This document shows positions 58,501-64,000 of a stretch of DNA of 64,000 nucleotides, piece after piece; position 1 is the first letter of the stretch, and every line of letters starts with the position of its first letter. This DNA comes from Bugula neritina (taxonomy: Eukaryota > Animalia > Bryozoa): assembly GCA_964035545.1 (NCBI GenBank), contig OZ037766.1, positions 30,010,640 to 30,074,639 on the forward strand. The letters are read 5' to 3'. The notes beneath the pieces are model-generated. The model was not told the DNA's origin and made no database searches. It was given only the letters and a program-made list of their open reading frames with translations. The position numbers were made by a program, and so were the translations under genes.

Positions 58501-61500
58501 TTGATTAGAACTTTATTTATTAGTTTTTTAAAACTATAGTGAAGTCGAATTGCTCAGTAAATTTGTACGCTCAAGTTTGGCAACTACAATTATTAATTTG
58601 AAAAGTAGTAATTTGAAATAAAAATTTAATATGAACATTTTTGATTACACAGATATTTTTCATACTATTATTATCTATATTTTTTACAGTGATTTGCACA
58701 ATTTATATTACACATATATAAACATTCTAAATTATACATAATATTATATATGTGACTCACAATGCATGAAGAAGATATGTTGTCAAAAGTGTTTTAAATT
58801 TAGGTAATATATATAGCGCACTTGACTATAAGTAGCATTTATGTTATCAATATATTTCTTTATACACCGGTCTCATGTTGAATATGGCAGAAAATTTTTA
58901 AATTTTATACTATTATTCTATGCAGTAATAATAAAAAAATTCCCAAGAGTAATAGAGTGTTGCAATACCTCAATGTAATCATATACACAGTTGTTGGTCT
59001 TCTCTACAAAGATTGGTTCCTCAAAAGCAAGTCTCAGTGACTTCTCATCTAACAAAGCACTTCCTTTATAGGCCTCCGGCACTGGGAATCTTAATACAAA
59101 ATTCCATTCACAAAAGAGATTGTTGGAGTAGTTTCCAGGGTAGTTTGGAGACTGAAATCTGTAGCTTTCCAAGGAGTCTATTGGTACGTATACAGTACCC
59201 CCACACTTCTCGGCTGAAACTTTACATGTGCAAAAAATCTATTGTACACTTTTCTGGAGAATATAATATATTATATAGTTAGCTATTTCAATTTTCAAGA
59301 GGTCTACTGTTATTTTGAACATATACAAACAGTTTACAATGTCAATAATACTATGCTTTTAAAATAATTTTTACACACAGTGATAACTAATATTATGTTT
59401 ATCTTTATTATTTATATAAATTTGCTGTTTTCTGTGATTAGAATTTTAGTTTACTGTACTATAAAAATATGATGCTTGTATTTTTCTTTTTCAATGCGGT
59501 CAATTTATGCATGCTTTTGTATTACGCCATCAAAATGTTACACTAACTTACAAAAGTTGATATGATATATTAATTAGATAAAATCTTTCATATACTTACC
59601 ACAAATGATTGCTAATTATTATGCAACAGCTTTAAAGTCATATTCATTTGTAATTAGTTTATGACACTAACAACACAATAGATATGTTATTCAAATCATG
59701 CTAGAAAGGGTGCAATGTGAGCAGTTTGCCATTACACATAGTGTAAACATCTAGGAAAACAGTCAAAATAAGGAGCTTCGTGTAAAAATAAAGACAGTGG
59801 TGTCTAAAGCAGCTTCTATGATGCATTAGTTATAGAGGTGGGCTGGTCCAAAGTAAAATAGGAGTATATTCAACAAACAATGCCTTACAAACCTTGTCTT
59901 TTTACTCTTGTGGTATCCTTTCCTTGAAATTCAAAGTTTTTTTGTTTGATCTATAAAACATACAAATAAACAGTAGATAACACAGAAAAACCAATACATT
60001 TTTAGGCAAAGACAATAAGACAATAAATAATGTGTATAATCTTTATCCTTAGTATAGATAGCTTTAGCAATCCTGAATGGTTAGTAGGATTCCTATAACT
60101 TGAAAGTAAATTATACTGCATTTCACACTTTGAAAGTAAAGGCGCTAAATATATAGCTACTGCAGAGTTTTGAAACCGATATAGAAAGTTTTGCAGCACA
60201 CTGAAGATATCTATATATAGCACAAAATCTTGTGCATAGAATGTAAGGAACTAAAGAAGTGTCAGTATCCGAATGGCAAAAGAGGCTAGGCAAACTTATT
60301 TATAGTTATGTTATATACTGTTGACATCCTTTAACCATTTTTTATTGCATAATATTCTTTTAATGATCACTAAATTATTCTGGCTGTACATTTGCAAACA
60401 GTGAGATTCGTAGGCTTGTTAATAAGATACAAGTAGCTTTTTATAAACAATGCTTTTTTAGTTGACTTTGATCTCTGTACCTTATAATGCATGTTTTTGC
60501 AACTGGTTGCATTATATTTTAATGAAAATCAATGATGAAATTCAGGTAGTTTAACTCAATTAGTTATACAGACAAGTTGCCATCTGTAAAGTCTCTACTC
60601 ATTCCAACGTTATGCAGAGGAGTAATAGGGATGATTTGACGGGTATTGGTTGCCATGACTACTTAGCTATATAGCTTGCATGAGTTTGAAAGCTACAAGC
60701 ACTTGTTATAGATGACAAAATTAATCTTCTGTCAGTTGCCAATGAATAATTACTTAGTCTACACCTCAATGAAAGAGATTGCAACCTGACTAGGATGTGG
60801 TGCTACTTCGTATCAAGCTGAGTAAGTCACCAAACTATTGTTGTGTAGTACGTTAATTTAAGCTCCAATGAGGTGTGCTGTTTTCTATTTTAGTAATAGA
60901 AAAAAAGCTCAGACAAGTTTATTATAGTCACTAGCCCTGTGAAAGCCCCTGATAGAAGGGGTTTTTGTAGTGTTAAGTTTACCCAGTGGTTCCCGTGGTG
61001 TAATGGTTAGCACCATTGAACTATAACCCCTTATAGTTTCAGTTCAGTCGTTAGCACACTTGCAAGCCGAAGGTCTCGAGTTCAAAAGTGGGGGCAAAAT
61101 TATTTTACAGTTTTCTGTTAAATCGGGCTAAGAACTTATTCAGATGTGGCACAGGAGCAATTATGATTGGATGCTCTTCCTATAACAACGCGAATGGCCT
61201 TTGCGGGTTTGAACCCATGACTCGGTAGTTTACTAAGCCAATGCTCTAACCCCTAAGCCACGGCTGCTCCCCTATATAATAGTAGAAACTAGAAACTATA
61301 TTATTATAATAATTTTTGTCATACGTAAGTCTGTTTACCAGTTGACAATAGTTGCTATAGCATAGACATGCATACATGTATGTAATGCACCTGCAGGCAG
61401 CAGCATTTCCATTGTTTTACATGCATTCACACTATATAGAATATGACCAGCATGTATAGCCAGTTCCTGTTACCTTATGAAGGTTACTCCATTTTTTCAC

Positions 61501-62220
61501 AAAATTCAGTATTTGATTATGTGATTATATGTGCATATACGTTAAAAACCTGTTTTGATGAATCTTACAAATCACAAATTACATTTTGACTGATACATTG
61601 TATGTACATATATTAACATATACAATAAGCAAATATAACCTGAAAGACATATGGCACTATAATATCTATATTATTGCCATTATGTTTTGCAAACTAATTG
61701 GTAAATAGTAAATCTGTCATTCACAAAAACGCAATCGTGTTTTAAGCAAACTTGTAATTTTGATACGAGCTCTGTTGCAAGTGCGAGAGTTGACAAACGT
61801 AAATATAGTAGTTTAAAAAAAACTACTCAAAATCTAAAGAAGATATTTCATGGGTTAAATCACGTGCAATTAAGGTGGCCGCAACAAATTTTTAAGCTGT
61901 CAGTAATTGTTTGTTGAAGTTTTGCTTTTTTTATCTAACTTTCTTTCGTTCTGTGCGGTATGGTGACTGAACAAGATTGAAATAATAGAACTAGTTAACT
62001 TCATACTCACTGTGTCGTCTATATTTGATTGGCTAGCGCTTTCTTTAGATGAGCTCTCATGTTTAGAAGGCTGAGTAATACAGCTAGGTTGTCCGTAGAA
62101 AGTTTCAAAGAATATAAATCCACATAAAATGAGTGTGAAAAGATGCAGACAGAAAAATACTGTTGAAAATACTTTTATCTTGTACTTTATTACAATGAGC
62201 TCGTCCTCTTGCAGTCCCAT
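55539..62220 (-). CDS. Paralogue X3: TM - RVKR furin site - CUB - collagen (46 uninterrupted Gly-X-Y) - C4-like domain, ~615 aa (exons 62220-62011, 59950-59893, 59213-58969, 58474-58318, 58024-57374, 57128-57066, 56430-56216, 55787-55539)
   Basis: Exon sizes 210/58/245/157/651/63/215/249 mirror X1; all junctions are GT-AG and in frame. Confidence 0.87.
60899..61272 (-). mobile_element. tRNA-derived SINE (longer form) inserted in intron 1 of X3
   Basis: Minus strand reads GGGGAGCAGCCGTGGCTTAGGGGTTAGAGC...GGGTTCAAACCC (A/B boxes) and is homologous to 5379-5600. The homologous X1 site (~44840) is empty. It is flanked by an imperfect direct repeat tagtaatagaaa / taatagtagaaa. Confidence 0.87.
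60988..61095 (+). pseudogene. Degenerate tRNA-like sequence nested antisense inside the SINE
   Basis: GGTTCCCGTGGTGTAATGGTTAGCAC is a tRNA 5' half with an intact D-arm/A box, and GAGTTCAAA at 61078 is B-box-like. The T-stem and acceptor stem do not pair. Confidence 0.6.
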
Positions 62221-64000
62221 GATGCTTTGGTTGATAACGTTTTACTCACTAAGATTATTCTGAGCCATTATGGTTCAGATTGAAGCACTGGTTATTAATG
62301 CTAACGTTATTAATACTGCAAGCTTATAGCAAAGCATTGAAGTGTGGAAAAGATTATCTTGATTGGATAAAAATCATAATATTACTCCATGGTGACATAA
62401 TTTAAAATCAATTTTGTACAATTCTAGCATTTTAAGCCTCAATGATCTTGTGACTAAAACTATTTAACCAACTAAGGCAGTAGATCTCTCAACGTTTCTT
62501 CAGTGGGCTATTAGAATATAAATATAATTATTTTATGTTAGTCTACACTCTACAGGAAAGATTTTGTAGCTTTTATTGCTATAACTTTTCAACATTAATA
62601 AAGGAACTTGATGTTAGACAATTTATAGTATAAAAAATTATATCCTAGCCTTTTTAGGCAAGCTAATTTTTCAATTTTCAGTTTTACCAGAATAAAAATA
62701 TGAAGAACGGGTCGTTTTCTCTCAAATTTTTCTTACTGCATCATATATTAAACCGCAATTCTTGTGTTATTTTATATTGTGTATGTACTATCTATAATGT
62801 GTATTAAAATATCCTGTATTATATTACTACGTATTTTATTATTTATAAGATACTAACTAACAGGACACTCAGTGGTAGGCCTATTGCACTTTGTATTATA
62901 ATATCTTTCATTGCACTACTATACACTTCAAATAGCATTCTATATCACAGTGTATTGCACTTGCACCTTTTACTTCCTAACTTTCTATTATAGGCCACTC
63001 TATGTAAAGCTATGCAATATCTAAAAATGGAGCTCTTTGAATTTTAATACTTAGCTGTCAAAATTAAGTTTTCTATCGTTTAGTTATAGAGACTTTTCTA
63101 CTGTATGCTTTAAGCATTCAAGTTGATTTTTACTTTTAGTTTATTAACGTTGACTTATAGTTACTGCATGCACATCTTTCACAAAGTGATTATATATAGC
63201 TAGAGAGAGGACTTATTATTTTCTCATTTATAACAAAAACTCATAGATCTAATTGTGGCCAGAGTGTTTTTGCTCACAAATGATACTAAACTGTTGAATT
63301 TGTAAAGCTTGTGTAGAATTAAATTTTCAAGTCTACTTCTAATAATCTAGATATAATATTTTAGCCAGGAGTTTCAAATAGGTACATATGTCTACAATAC
63401 CTGAAAGCTTGGATTACACAAACAATTATAGTTATAATTAAATTCTCACATATCCTATCCTGTCTCCACTTTGTCTTGTTCGGGTAGCGGGTATAATAAT
63501 ATGAAATGGTATATTATAAATAAAATTTAATATAGATTATAGATTATGCTACAACTTCTATACATATGTACTCAACTTGTTTCCTGGTATGTCAATCAAT
63601 GGAGTTTTGTCCAAGTTGAAACTATAGGAAGTGGCAATAACTCATAGCATGCGGATACAGATTGTTTATTTGCCAGTTGGGTAAAATTCTTTGCATCAGC
63701 CAATCAGCACGCTGTTAACTTGGAATTCACACGTCATAATATATATCCTCGCCCAATTATATGGGTTTTTTGCTACGTAAAGCAATATTTATAAACTTTT
63801 AAAGACCAGGAAAAGAATTCAAGTTTTTATGTTTATTATAATATAGTGGCCAACGTACCTTGGCAAAGTGTAAAAATAATGTAGATATGTTTGGCGATTT
63901 GCTGAATGTTTAGCCAATAGATTTGAAGAATGCTTATTTGATTAAAGTTCACTTCATAAATCTAAATTGTTACGATAATTAGATAATGTTTTGCCAGGAG

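Noticed and set aside
60988-61095. Possible intron-containing tRNA
   Set aside because: The D-arm is good but the T-stem and acceptor stem cannot pair; kept only as a tRNA-like relic.

Overview
AT-rich, intron-containing eukaryotic DNA, most consistent with a marine invertebrate; the species cannot be determined from sequence alone. There are no prokaryotic features. The window holds three blocks of secreted or surface-protein genes. (1) 1-29.9 kb is a cluster of 3-exon secreted C-type lectin genes (7 complete, plus exon 1 of an eighth). All carry an atypical RPN/WDD motif. Much of the cluster lies in a near-identical ~9-kb tandem repeat (2.9 copies visible). Each repeat unit also carries a Penelope-like (GIY-YIG) retroelement fragment ending in a type I hammerhead ribozyme, a tRNA-derived SINE and two (TA)n tracts. 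The array ends inside a lectin exon, which implies the repeated minus-strand lectin is a recombination chimera. (2) 34.3-36.9 kb is a secreted two-WAP-domain protein with an extremely Arg-rich, 4-Cys C-terminal tail. (3) 39.2-62.2 kb holds three tandem minus-strand paralogues with the architecture type II TM anchor - furin site - CUB - variable stalk - short-chain-collagen-C4-like C-terminal domain. The stalk is a clean collagen, an eroding collagen, or a Ser/Thr/Asn-rich non-collagen. The middle paralogue has three lesions, each with a possible in-frame bypass, and an ~800-bp pure (CA)n tract. All gene models were built by hand from splice signals, reading-frame phase and paralogue comparison; none has transcript support here.
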